From positions 26,797 through 90,796 of the forward strand of contig CDRNVI010000145.1 in assembly GCA_977017575.1 (NCBI GenBank): a stretch of 64,000 nt of DNA, given 5' to 3'. This DNA is from Paramoeba atlantica (taxonomy: Eukaryota > Protista > Discosea). Numbering within the stretch: position 1 is the first letter of the stretch; every line of letters begins with the position of its first letter. The notes under the pieces were generated by a model. That model was not told the origin of the DNA. It saw only the letters and a list, made by a program, of their open reading frames with translations, and ran no database searches. The translations under genes and the position numbers were made by a program. Below, one piece after another: positions 46,480 to 58,800 of this stretch.

Positions 46480-49181
46480 ATGGAAACGGAAAGGGAAAAG
46501 ATGAAACGGGGAAAGAGGAGTAGTGGTGGTGGTGGTGGAGGAGGAGCTCTGCCGCTGAGTCCCATGGCTCATTCTTTGGTTTCTTTTTTTTCTTTTTTTT
46601 TTTTGTTTTTTTGTTCATTCGCGATCGTAACGGTTTTATTTGTTTTCGTTCTCTGTAGTCTTTTGGGGAAGAGGGTTCGCTGGTGATAGAGGACGCAAAA
46701 AACGACCACCACACCAACCACAAAAGGAAACATCTCACAAGAAAGAAACGAATTTCATTTTTCAGTGTGGGCTCAACTCCTCTCTTGGTCTGTCTTTCTC
46801 TCTCTCTCTCTTTTGTGTTTTGGGAAAAAAAAAGAATTTATTTTTTCCTCCAAGGGCCTTGAGGATGGTGGGTTAACTCTTGCCGAACAAAAAGAACCTT
46901 CAAAAGCTGAACCTCTGAGAATGAGATCTGGACCAATTGAAATGACATCAAGGGAAAAAGAGGAAGAGAAGGAGGGTCCAGAGAAGGCGGCAATATCATC
47001 AGCTCCAGTTTTACACCACATTCCTTTATTAAAAGTCTTTTCTTCTCCTCACACTTCTCCTCACACTCTTTCTTCTCCTCACACTCTTTCTTCTCATACT
47101 TCTCCTCACACTCCTTCTTCTTCTCGACAATCTTCTCCTCTAGCTTCTTCTTTTCGATCTGTCTCTCCTCAACAATCTCCTGTCTCTCCTCTTCATTCGA
47201 TTCATACTCTTCCATCACCACGTTCTCCTTTTTCGACTCTTTCTCCTCGATTTAAATCCTTTTTCTCCAGTCGTGGTTCGATATTTTCATCTTCAGTTCC
47301 TCTATTAATGGATTTTGAAAGAGAATATCAATTTCAATGTGATTCTTATTTGGAGATTATCAATTATTTGGTTGATTTGTCGCAAGAGAAGTTGGAGATG
47401 TTTTTTATTGGATTTGAACATCCCTCATTTGAGATTGATCAGGTTTTTTTTTCTTTTCTTTTTTTTTAGTTTTTTTTTTTTTTGAAAAAACAAAAAATTA
47501 GTTGAAACTCTTAGAGACCATGAAAGAGATGATGGTCACAAAAGATGGTGATGAAAAGGTTGATGGTAAAACAAAAAAAATTGTAAAAATTGTTCTTTCT
47601 TGGAGAAAAACATTGACACATTATTATCGCTCTTTTAATCCTGCTTTATCAAAGTAATTTTTTCCCTTTTTCTTTCTTTCCCTTCTTTTTTTATTTTGAT
47701 TTTTTTGTTTGTTTTAGAGCAATTGAAGAATTTTTGGATTCATTGAATCCCAGTCTGTATGGAACTTCATTGGTTTTTTTTTTTTCATTTTTTTAATTAA
47801 TTTAGTTATTATTATTTACCCATAGAAAAAATGTTTTTTTTTTGTTTTCGAAAAATAGATTCGCAAAATTGATATTTTGTTTCTCTAATACTAATTGAAT
47901 TTGTTTTTCTGGTAAAAAAACTTTATAGATATCCAAAGGAATGAGTTTGAGTTGTTGTGGGTCACCTGATGTTGTTTCGCAATTATTGAGTTCAATTATG
48001 TTTCGAATCTACAAAAATTTAAAGCCTGGAGAATTTTATAATGGGTTTTGGGAGGTTTTTTTTTTTTCCACTTGTTTTTCATTTATTTTTTTTTCGAATT
48101 TTCACACACAATATTTTAGAAAGAAGAAAAATATATTCGATCACCAAACATTCTCGCAATGAGTGAAACATTTAATCGTATTTCATCTATGGTGGTAGAA
48201 TCTATTTTATTTTGTGAGTCTGAAGCCCAGCTTCCCAATTTAATGTACATGATCAAACTTGCTAATCGACTTTTGAAGGTTTCATTTTTTCTTTTTATTA
48301 TTATTCCTCTTTTTTTCTTAAATTTTTTGTCGATTATTTTAAACTTAAAAAAATAAAATTCAAAGATGCAAAATTTTGAGGGATGGGCTGCTGTTGTAAG
48401 TGGGTTAAACCAATCGCCAATTCGTCGTTTAAAACCTTTGTGGAAGAATTTGAGTTCTCGAGTTTTGTTTTTTTGTTTCTTTTTTTTTTTTGTCATTTCT
48501 TTGTTTTTGTTCTGATTCAAAAAAAAAATAGTACAAAAAGAGATTTGAATTGTTTGATGAAATGTTATCACCCGATCTGAATTTTAAAAGCTATCAAGTT
48601 TTATTGCAATCTGTCGAACCTCCTCTTCTTCCTTGGTTTGCGCCAAAGGTTCTTTTTCTTTTTTTTATTTTTTTTTTAATTTGTGTCTTTTTTTATTCGA
48701 TTCATAAAACAACATGTTTTTTTTTTTTCAAATCAAAATAATATAACTCCATTCACAGTTGAGGGAGCTGAGATATTTGTATGATGGGAATCAAACGAAA
48801 ACAGAAGAAGGATTCCTCAATTTACCTTTCCTGATGGTTTGAATAATAATAATCTGTGTAATTTTATTTTTTTTCTTTTGGAAGATAATTGAAATGAAAA
48901 AACCCAGAAAATTGGAGAGTCGATCAAATTGTTTCTGCAATACCAAAGTTATGAATATGACTCCGTGCAGCAACATGATAAAACAGAATTGATGAAATTT
49001 CTACAAGCACGTTCAATTTCCGAGGTATCTCTCTTTCTCAAAATTTCTTCTTTTGATCTATTTTTTTTGTGTATTTTTCCCTTTCTCCCCTCTCTAAATC
49101 ATGTTTTCTAATCCCCGACAGGATGTTTGTTACGAAAAATCTCTCTCATTATTCGCTCAATCCACGGAAAATCTACAATGA
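46480..49181 (+). CDS. Ras guanine-nucleotide exchange factor (CDC25 homology domain) with Ser/Pro/His-rich N-terminus; multi-exon
   Basis: Spliced exons give SPNILAMSETFNRISSMVVESIL..MQNFEGWAAVVSGLNQSPIRRLKPLW..LSPDLNFKSYQ..PPLLPW..LRELRYLYDGN, typical of the RasGEF catalytic domain. Stop is TGA at 49179-49181. Confidence 0.85.
47035..47125 (+). repeat. Coding low-complexity repeat (tcttctcctcacac units; SSPHT) in the RasGEF N-terminus
   Basis: Several imperfect SPHT(L)S units are visible in both DNA and protein. Confidence 0.8.
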
Positions 49182-49446
49182 GAGAGAGAGATCCTCTCAT
49201 TCGCAAAAAAAAAAAAGAAAGAAAGAAAATCTCCATAAATTAATTAATTATTCAAGAGAGAGAGCTTGTACACCCACACCCCCCACCAATCCTTTTTGTC
49301 TTCTTTTAATTTTCTTGAGGCAATTTTATGGTGTCTTTTTTGGTGTCCCGATTTTCTTTTTTGCCGCAATTTCTGAGCCTGTTTTTCGGTGAGAGAGAAG
49401 GAACAATCAAGGATCGATCGATCTCACAAAAAACAAAATATCAAGT

Positions 49447-49992
49447 ATGGACGAACGAACTTATCTTGAGATGAAAGGACTCTCACATTATGGTGCAACA
49501 ATTAATATTGAAGTTCGAATCAATTTTGAAGAGCAACCAGATCAGAAGTCTCTTTTGGTTCGTGTTGATGGTGAGATGGAACACACATACGATCATGATG
49601 AAAAACATTCAGAGATTGAATATGTAGAAGGAACTTGGGACCCAAAGACAAGAAAACTGGTTCTAATTGGAGGTCGAAGAACAGGAAAGTTTCCTAAAGG
49701 ACAACCCCCTCCTAAAATTGACGAACATTGCGATGAATGTGATTGCAATGCCTTTCGATCTGGATGTATGCTTGATCTGAATCGTCCCTGTTTTTGTGGT
49801 CATGAAATTAAGTCACATCAAAATCGGCCACCATTATCACACTTAGTTATTCTTGCACAATACAATTTCACACTCCCGGAGAATCTTTCGGAAAAATTTG
49901 ATGCGATCGCTCAATCCCAAAGAGAACCAGATAAAACAGCAGAACTGCAGTTCTGGGAAGACAGTGTTGTTGTGAAACCTGCGACTCGTTGA
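49447..49992 (+). CDS. Uncharacterised 181-aa intronless protein with a Cys/His cluster
   Basis: ATG-initiated ORF with coding-like composition, bounded by low-complexity intergenic DNA. Contains HCDECDCNAF..PCFCGHEIKSH. Confidence 0.7.
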   Translation: MDERTYLEMKGLSHYGATINIEVRINFEEQPDQKSLLVRVDGEMEHTYDHDEKHSEIEYVEGTWDPKTRKLVLIGGRRTGKFPKGQPPPKIDEHCDECDCNAFRSGCMLDLNRPCFCGHEIKSHQNRPPLSHLVILAQYNFTLPENLSEKFDAIAQSQREPDKTAELQFWEDSVVVKPATR

Positions 49993-50447
49993 AAGGGGAT
50001 GGAGGGGAAGGAGGGTGTGTGTGGTGGTGTGTGTGGTAAAAATTGATTTTTTTCGAAGATAAAACAAGAAGAAAAACAAAGAAGAAGAAAAACATTCCCA
50101 ACAAATTCTTGTCTTTTCTTGGCGAACAAAACAAAATCACAAACCGAAACGGCCGAAAAAAAGGGAATGGGCCAAATTTTTTGGCCAAAACAAAATGAAT
50201 TTGGCCTTTTTTTATTTTTCTGCCTTTTTTCCTGTTTGTCTGTTTCTTCTCCGGTTCAGCGAGCCGCAAAAAGATGTGAGAGAGAGAATGTTTTCGAAAC
50301 TTGAATTTGTTTTTCCTTTTCTCCAAATTCTCTGTCAAGCTTAAATAACCTTGGGAATCCCTTGGGGCAGAAACACAGAAAAAAAAAAGAAAGGGGTCAA
50401 AGTTTTATTCTATTTCATTCGAAAGTAATATTTTTGCAAGAAGAATA

Positions 50448-51329
50448 ATGAGTCAAAGACGACAACAACAACAACGACAACTCCAACAACCTTCAAAGAA
50501 GAAGCTCGATTATGGTGCGAAATTCCTTGATTTGTTGAGAGACTACGAGAAGATTCTCCTGATCTGCGCTGATAACGTTGGTTCCAACCAATTTCAACAG
50601 ATTCGTTCTTCCCTTCGAGATGACGCTGTGATTCTTATGGGAAAGAACACTGTTGTGAAAAAGATCCTTCGTCAAAACGAAAAAGACTTCCCTCAACACC
50701 AACAACTCCTCCCCAAATTGTCTGGGAATTTGGGTTTTGTTTTCACGAATGGTGACGTTGCTTCCATTCGAAGAAAAATCTTGGAAAACAAAGTTGGGGC
50801 AGCTGCTCGTGTTGGTGGTATTGCTCCTTCTGATGTAATTTTGAAGGCTGGTCCCACTGGCCTTGACCCAGGCCAAACCCCTTTCTTTCAAGCTTTGGAT
50901 CTTCCTACAATGATTGCAAGAGGTCAAATTGAAATCAAAACGAAAGTTCCCTTGATTCGAGAAGGACAAAAAGTGACCCCATCACAAGCTGCTCTTTTGA
51001 CCAAGTTGAATCTTCACCCATTCGAATATGGTCTCTCAGTTAAGTATGTTTTTGAAGCAGGTTGTTTATTCGATGCAAATGTTCTTGATTTGACACAAGA
51101 CCTTGAGGAAATTAAGGCTCTTCTTAACGATCCTTCTGCTCTTGCGAATGCAATGATGATGATGGCTGCTACTGCTGTTGTTGATGATAATGTTTCCTCA
51201 TCGGAGGAAAGTGACGATGGTGTTGATGTGGAAGAAGAGATTGGTTTTGGAGAGGAAGAAGAGTTGGAAGGGAGTGGCTTTGGTGCTGGCGGGCTTTTCG
51301 GTGAGGATGACGATGAAGATTGGATGTGA
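50448..51329 (+). CDS. RPLP0: 60S acidic ribosomal protein P0 (uL10), divergent and internally deleted; intronless
   Basis: ADNVGSNQFQQIRSSLR..LMGKNT, GNLGFVFT, GPTGLDPGQTPFFQAL..T.I.RGQIEI and LNLHPFEYGL are P0 motifs. It has an acidic tail containing GGLFG. Confidence 0.92.
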   Translation: MSQRRQQQQRQLQQPSKKKLDYGAKFLDLLRDYEKILLICADNVGSNQFQQIRSSLRDDAVILMGKNTVVKKILRQNEKDFPQHQQLLPKLSGNLGFVFTNGDVASIRRKILENKVGAAARVGGIAPSDVILKAGPTGLDPGQTPFFQALDLPTMIARGQIEIKTKVPLIREGQKVTPSQAALLTKLNLHPFEYGLSVKYVFEAGCLFDANVLDLTQDLEEIKALLNDPSALANAMMMMAATAVVDDNVSSSEESDDGVDVEEEIGFGEEEELEGSGFGAGGLFGEDDDEDWM

Positions 51330-51469
51330 GAAAGAAAAAAAAAAAGTGCTGTATGAAACCTCTCTCTTCATATTTGGTCTTTTTTTTTTTGTCCCCCTAG
51401 ATAATTTATGATTTATAAAATAAACACTATTTCTCCCCACAAAAACAAGCCCCCTTTTTGTTTTCCACC

Positions 51470-52294
51470 TATTTTTTTTTAGGGTTATCTGTTTGTTCTC
51501 TTCTTTTTGCTGGTTTGACTGAACACTGAAGTTGAATGTGATTGGGGACCTGTACACAAAATCAATATCATCTTTTAAAAAAGTGAACTGGCGATTTTTG
51601 ACCCAAGACCCAGAAAAATAACCAACTCGTAAGATAGCACCATCACAACAAGCAACCACGATTCTGAGCCCATTCTCCCACTTCTCTTCTTTTAATGAAA
51701 AGGTTTTTTCAAGAACACCAGCGACATGGATCTCCAAGACCCTTTGAGAATTTTTTGCAATAATCTGCGATATTGAAATACATAAAAATGTGCACATTTT
51801 AAAAAAATTCTCGAAAAGAGAAGAAAAGAACCTCAATATCTCTGTTCTGCATGTTTAATACACAAGCGACCTTTCCTCTTGAAAAAAACCCATCTGTTCG
51901 GACAGCAGCGGAAATATCGTTTTCAAGAGAGATGGGGGGTTCACTTTTTTTTGGTCCTAAGTATTCTTTCATGTCCAGAGGAATGGCCCCACAAACCCAA
52001 AAACGATTACCTGAGACCACCTTAAACTTCCAATTCATGTCCCTGATAAAAATTTAATCCTGAGATAATGAGCATCTTTCTCTCTCATCAAAACCCACAC
52101 AAACAAAAAAAATTCACAGACCCACATCCTTCACCAAAAGTAAAAATTGGGTTCAAACACAAAGGAGTTGGTCCATGGGGAAAAATTGCAACTAAAGAAA
52201 TCACTCCCTTTTTCTCATTCTCTTGCAGTCGAATTAATGGAGCAGTGAAGTCAAAATTGATCAAAGGTTGAGTGTTTGGGAGATTTGAATCCAT
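51470..52294 (-). CDS. Three-exon beta-rich protein, possibly SPRY/B30.2-like; 3' end uncertain
   Basis: Spliced reading: MDSNLPN..GEGCG|DMNWKFKVVSGNRFWVCGAIP..GKVACVLNMQNRDIE|IIAKNSQ..LRIVVACCDG. The W-x-FKV..W-x-C-G and V-x-C-x-L-N-M pattern resembles SPRY folds. The stop position depends on a T homopolymer near 51472-51480. Confidence 0.5.
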
Positions 52295-52806
52295 TCAAAA
52301 CACCACACTTGTAGTGAGTTGTGTGTTTTGTGAGTGTTGATTTTTTGATCATCCAACCAACGAACTCTGATGGCAACGCTCTTTTTTTGTTGCAGAAAAA
52401 AAAGAGAAAAAGCAACAATCCTTAAAAAAGAAATTCTTTCCTTTTTCGAAAAAGGAAACGAAAAAATCAAATCGTGCTTTTCTCACTCCAAATTTATTCC
52501 TTCATCCAACGAATTTGATTTAGCCATTTCATTTTAGCCAACAATTTTTTTTGCGCCGAAAAAGTGGGTTTTTGATGTTTTGGTGTGTCTCACTTTTCTC
52601 GCAGGTGCGTTTCGGTGAGAAGAAAGAAAGAAAGAGAGAAAGAGAGAAAGACGCCAAAACTCTTTTCTATTCTTCTTCTTTTCTCTTTTTTTGAAAAAAG
52701 AGGACATCTGTGGATTGCGTGAGTGTGTGTAAACAACCACGTTTTCTTGGGGTGTGTGAGTGACCTTTTTCACCGTCTCTTTTGTTCTGTTCAAAGAGAG
52801 AGAGAG

Positions 52807-55800
52807 ATGGATTATCAAATGGAGGAAGAAGAGTCCATCTTCTCTGCTCTTGCTGGAGGAGGAGGAGGAGCTTTTGTTGTTGATGAAGATGGAAACGCAG
52901 AAGTCTTTGCTGAGTTGGATGGTCGACATACTCTTGTCGATTTTCATGATGCTTTTGTTCAGTCGAAAGCTGAAAAGAGGAAGAAGGGAATGCCTGCTGC
53001 TCGAAAGGTTTTGTTTTGTTTTTTTTTTTGCTTTTGTGGACTTGATGACCTTTTTTTATTTTTTGAATATATTAAAAATGTGTTTCTTTCTTCTCTTATT
53101 TTTTTCTATTCATAATAATAATAATTAATTAATATTCTTTCTTTTTCTTTTTTCTCTCTTTTTCACAAAAAAAAAAGGCATTAATGATTCTTCTTGGGAA
53201 AAGAGAATGGTTAGAAGCCACAGATGAAGAACTGGGTGTAATGGTAAAATTCTCTCGAGATCAAGGACCAAGTTTAATCTCTTTGGATGTCTTGGAGGCT
53301 CTTTTCAATAACCCTTCTTTTACAATGCTTTGTTCTCCCATGATGATGGAGTTGATTGACTATGGACGAACTTTAATGCGATTATCTCATAAGGGAGAGA
53401 GGGAGCGTGTGTTCTCTTCAAAAGTTACGACTTCTCTTGCAGAAATTACAGAGTTTGAAAGTGCAAGAGCAGAACCGTTTTGTCGCTCGTTGTGTCGATG
53501 GATTACTCGTCTTGTTCCTCCTTATGAAAGTTTCAATTTTGGAAAAGATCACAAAGAATTGGATTCGATTGAAAAGATGTTTCAAACTTTTCGAAATAAG
53601 AAGGATTTGGTATTATGTGCGTTGGTTCATTGGAGATATATTTGGTTAAATGAGATGCAAGGTGCTCCCAAGAAGGTTGTTGAACTTTATCGATGGCTTG
53701 CGTGTATCCATTTAGAGATGATTTGTGTTTCTAATCCTCCATCTGTGTTGAGTTGTCTTGCTTCTTTCACCATTCTTGTGGATCTTTATCCTCAACCAGT
53801 TGTAGAACTCTTTCGAGATGCTGTGATCCAATGTTTAGATCATTCACACCCTCCAGTTCTTTTACGTTCGATTTTCCCTTTGGCAAGAAAAGAAGATTTT
53901 GATGATACAAAGTATGTGGATGATCCTGTTCGAGATCTTTTGATTCTTTCTCTTGCTGATGATAAGAAGATGTTTGAGAAGAGAGTTCAGGCAATGATTC
54001 GAACCGATCTTCCTTCTCGTTCCCAGGTAAATTATTTTTTTTTTTGAAAAGAAAAGAAAAGAAAAAAGAAAACTCTCTTTCTATATATTTTTTTTGGGGG
54101 GTGGGGTGGGGTTTTTTTCATTCTTTTTTATTATTTAGGTATTTTGTGCTGGTAGTACTGTTTTTAATCCTATTGAACGACGATTTGTCTATGCACAACA
54201 AGACCAACATTCTTGGCATCGTAGATTAATTCGAGATATTGTTTTTCATTTAATGCGAAGAACTTTCTTTCAATTGGGAATGAAGCGTGAGATTGGATCG
54301 ATAGTGGAGTCTGGAATTGATTTGAGTACTTTGTTTTCGAATCGAGAGGATGCTGAAATCTACTGTTTTTTTGTTATTTGGTATTGTGAATTTCGAAAAA
54401 GTCCATTGAAAGAAGTAAAAGGAGGAGAGAGATTGTCAAAAGGGGAATTAGAATTTATGGAATTTTTCCCTCAAATTTGTCTCGGGGCTTTTGACGAATT
54501 CGCAGTGAAAGTACAAAAGAGACTTGTGACAGTTGGGGCTTTGTCGAAATGTACTTCAAATCCGTTGGTTCATCCTGCTTTGGCAGCTCAAAATTTCCCA
54601 AACTCGCTTGAAATTACTCGTGCGTACCAAGAAGAGATTAAAGATAATATGAATAAGCTCCAAAATATGGCCAAACTTTGTAAACGATTTATTCCTGCAG
54701 ATCCAGTTTCGGAGATTCTTTCTCATGCGATGGATAATTGGAGAGATTGGAGAATGGTTGATATTTCGTTTCTTTTTGGGGAAATTCTAGAAGTTCCTGC
54801 AGGAGCACGACCACCACCTGGTCCACTTCCCCCAATTCTTGTTCGATCTTTAAAATGGTTGCTTTATGTAATGAACTCTCCTTTGTTTCAACATTGTTGG
54901 GATCACAACGTATCAGCAGGAGGAGGAGCTGGTGGTGGTGGTGGAGAGAGAATTCAAAAGATTGCTGATGTTCGTAGAGATTGGGAGGATCTTTTTATGT
55001 CGATTAAGAATCGAACGATTTCTTTTCCTCAATTGGAAGTGTTTATTAAGTTTTTAAAGGTTGAAGAAGAATTTGAATTATTTTTTTCTTCAACTGCTGG
55101 TCGTTCGTTTAAGAAGAAGAGTGATAATGAATTAATTTGGAATCTTCGAACGGTCGATAAGAAAGCACTTTCGTCCATGAAACGAGATTTAATGAAATTC
55201 GCTCATCTTCAAGGAGTTCTCGAAAATATTGAACGAATTGAAGGATGTCTCCCTTTTTTCAAAAGTTGGGTCAATGATCTTGAATCTGTCGGGGTTCTTC
55301 AATCTCATGTTGTCGATTTTAAAGATATTGTTAAAAAGAATGATTGGTCTCAACAAAAACTCTCTGATTATCCGAAATTTGCTGAAGCTTGTGAGATTAT
55401 TCATCCTTCTCTTCTTCAACTCCACCCAGCTTTGTTTCAGAAAATCTTGGAGAGTTTAGATATTTTTGAGTGGTTAAGAACTCAATCTGATGATCAAGAT
55501 TTTCAAAGGGGAATTGAGTTGGCTATGGGACGATCTGAAATGGAATGTCCCACTGAACTTTGGCTTGAAGATGAAGATGGTGGGGGTGGTCGTGTCAATG
55601 AACAAATTCTTGCCATGCTTCGTTCTGTTCGTTCTTATTTACACAGCTTCATTTATCGTGAGGATTTAATGTACAAGAATGCTCAAGAATTTGTAATGAA
55701 ATTTTTGGCGCAGCTCGGTCCTTTTCGAATGACTATTTTGGATTCGATGGATACTTGTAATGCATCTCGACTTCCTTTGATTGAGCTTTTGAGTGGGGGA

Positions 55801-58800
55801 ACTGAGAGTGCTGCTCCTGATCGTTTGCTTCGAATGCTTCAGCCTAGTAGTGAAGCTATTTGGAGTTGTGAGAGCGATTTGGTGGTTAGGAAGGGAGGTG
55901 CGACTGATGATGTTGCTGAACTTCTTTCGTTTTTGAGGTTAAGGATTCTTTTTTTTTTTTTTTGGATTCTTTTTTTTTTTTTTTGGATTCTTTTTTTTTT
56001 CTTTTTTTATTTGTTTATTTGTTTATTTGTTTATTTTTCTTTTTTTTTGGATTCTTTTTATTTCTTTTTTATTCATAAAAAACCACACAGGTTAAAATAC
56101 GTTATCCCAAGCAAAAAAGAAACAATTAGCCGTCATCTCACTGTCAATGAAGTCGAAGACTTTCAATCTACAGTTGTCCTTTCTCGAACTGATCAACGTG
56201 CAGAAGATACACGGGCAAAAATTACCAATTTTGTTGAAAGTTTTGGGTGGATGAAACAATATGCCACTTTTTTATTGAATTTGCATTCTTTGGGGCATTT
56301 TGAGTTTGATAAATTTGATGTTTCGATTCCTCTTTGTACTGACGCAGAGGAAATTCGTGAGAAGGCATTGAATGCTAAAGGATTGTTAAACGAGTGGGAG
56401 AAAATGGTCAGTGAAACGAGGTTCTTTCTTTCTTTCTTTCTTTCTTTCTTCATTTGTTTCTTTTTTTTTTTTCCATTCATTTCTCTTTCTTCTCTTTTTC
56501 TCATTTCTTTTCTGTTTTTATTTTTATCAGATTGAAATATCCTGCAATGAATCATTTTGGGATGCAAATTATTTGGGAGTTGGCAAAAACTTTGAGAGAG
56601 AGATCCAGAGTTGGGGGAGTTTTTAGGCAAGGTTGCTTTGTTTCTCCTTTTTGTGGGGTTGTTTTCTCTTTATTTATTGTTTTCCCCCCCGCTTCTTCCA
56701 ACAGATGGAAAAGAGATGATTGCAAAACAGATGGTTTATTTGATCAATCCTGTCGATGCTGTTAATTCCGGTCTTGTGGCACAGGTTCTCTTTCTCTTTT
56801 TTCCCCCTTCATCTCTTTTTCTTTCTCATCTCTGAAAATCCTTCGTTCCAAAAGGTGGACCAAGATCTTTTCTCTATTTGGAAAAAATTAACACATGATG
56901 AACACGCTCCTGCAGAAAGTACAGAGAAAGAGCATGATGAAGATGTCGATATGGATATGAAAGGGGGATTCTCGGGAGAAGAGAGAGAAGAAGGAGAGGG
57001 ATACAGAGAAAAGGATATGAAATTGGAAGAAATTTTAGAGGTTTGTGGAAAGGTTGTGGAGGAAGTTTTTGGGAGAATTGCTCCAATTAGAAGAAGTGTG
57101 GAGTTACCAGAGGAGAATTATTCTCTCTCCCTTCATCCAGGTTCTTTTTTCTCTTTTTTCTCTTTTTTCTCTTTTTTCTCTTTTTTCCCACGGTGTCCCA
57201 AATAATGGTGTCCCAAATAATGGTGTCTTCTTTTGTCTGTCTCTTTTTGATGTTGTTTTTGAATAGGAGATATTCGCCTTATTTGTGCTCGATCTTATGA
57301 ATTTGTTTTCCCTGAAGTTCTCTCGATCTTTATGCAATGTATGTTTTAATATTAGATTTTTGTTTTGTTTTTTTTTGAGTCTCAAACTTTTTTTTTTTTT
57401 GAAAAAAGGTTCCACATTGCCCGAGAGAAGAACGTTGATGCTCTGTCGTGAAGATTCAACTTGGGAGGATGTCCTTTTGATGTTATTAAGGTGGCGTCAT
57501 GCTAAAAGTGTCAAGGAGGATAAGCTTTTTTGTCTTGCTAATGCTGATATTCTTCCAAATGAGGTCTTGTTTTCTTCTTTTTCGTTACAACTTACTTTTA
57601 ATAATCTTTTTTGGAGACTAAAAATCACCCTGTTATTTTTTGCACCTTTTTTCTTTCTTTCTTCCCTTAGGTCCAAACAAAGTGTGTGGCGTTCATTAAT
57701 GAGGCCTCTGAGACTGCAGTTGTTCCTCTTCTTGTTGTTTGTGGACCATCGAGGAGTGTTTATGTTGTATCACAATTTGTCAACAGGTTCTTAATTTCTT
57801 TTCTTCTTTATAAAAATGAAGGAAACAAGAAAGATATCAATATTCTCTCAAAAGAATAACTCTTATTATTATTCTACTTTGACCCCCTTTTGATTTCATT
57901 TTTCTTTTATTTTAGGAGAATGCCTTCTTACCCTCTCCCACGATCTGTGATGCAAGATCTAATTGATAAGGCCACTTCTGGACATGTCCAAACCTTTGTC
58001 TCTGATTATGCTGGTGCTGGAAAGTCGTTTCAAATCAGAAAAGGAATTTTTGGGTTTTTCTTTCTTAAATTTTGTTCGAGAGAGAAAAAAAAAAGACTGA
58101 GAGGAGAGAGTAAGAAGGTTGAAAAGGGAGAGGAGTAAACAGGTCAAATGAAAAATACTGAACTTCTTCTTCTTCTTAAAAAATTAGGGAAGAAAAGTAT
58201 GTTCATATTCCAACAACTTCCATTGCACAATTTATTTCTCTTCTGGATCGGAGTTTGGAAAGATTGAAGAAAGACAGTGGGTTTGTTCTTCATTTTTAAT
58301 TTTTACTTTTTATTTCTTTTTCCAACAAAAAAAAGTGTCTTTTTTTAAATTACCCGTTTTTTATTGACTTTTTTTTATTTCTCTTCACAAGATACGACCC
58401 ATTGCTTCACATTGACATCTATGAAACTGTTGGTCGAGATCTCAACTCTTATCTTTTTGAATTGATTTTCTTCAGTGGGTACTGCAATTTCTCCACAGGT
58501 TTTTTAATTTAGTTAGGGTTTATTTTGTGTGTGTTGAAAACATTAATTGCCCACCATTTGGCGGTCATTAATTTTTCATGATTTATGCTGACTCAATCTC
58601 TTTTTCTTTCTTCCCACAACAAGGAACAATCTTCTCCTTTGATCCATCCAAAACTTATCTCTCCATCGAGTTACCAACAGGGACACTCAGCAAACATATG
58701 ACAATTGCGCGATGTTGCCCTGTGACATCTGTAGTTGCTGAGGGGAGTCTCTTTTCTCCAAATAAGAAGGAGTTGAAGAAAGGAATGGGACGAGGAGCCT

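Noticed and set aside
51198-51470. Long C-terminal extension of the SPRY-like ORF antisense to the P0 3' end
   Set aside because: It is low-complexity and overlaps P0; probably read-through from homopolymer uncertainty or a missed splice.
55935-56070. ggattc+poly-T repeats in an RNF213-like intron, plus ggtgtcccaaataat x2 at ~57192-57226
   Set aside because: These are ordinary slippage microduplications in introns.
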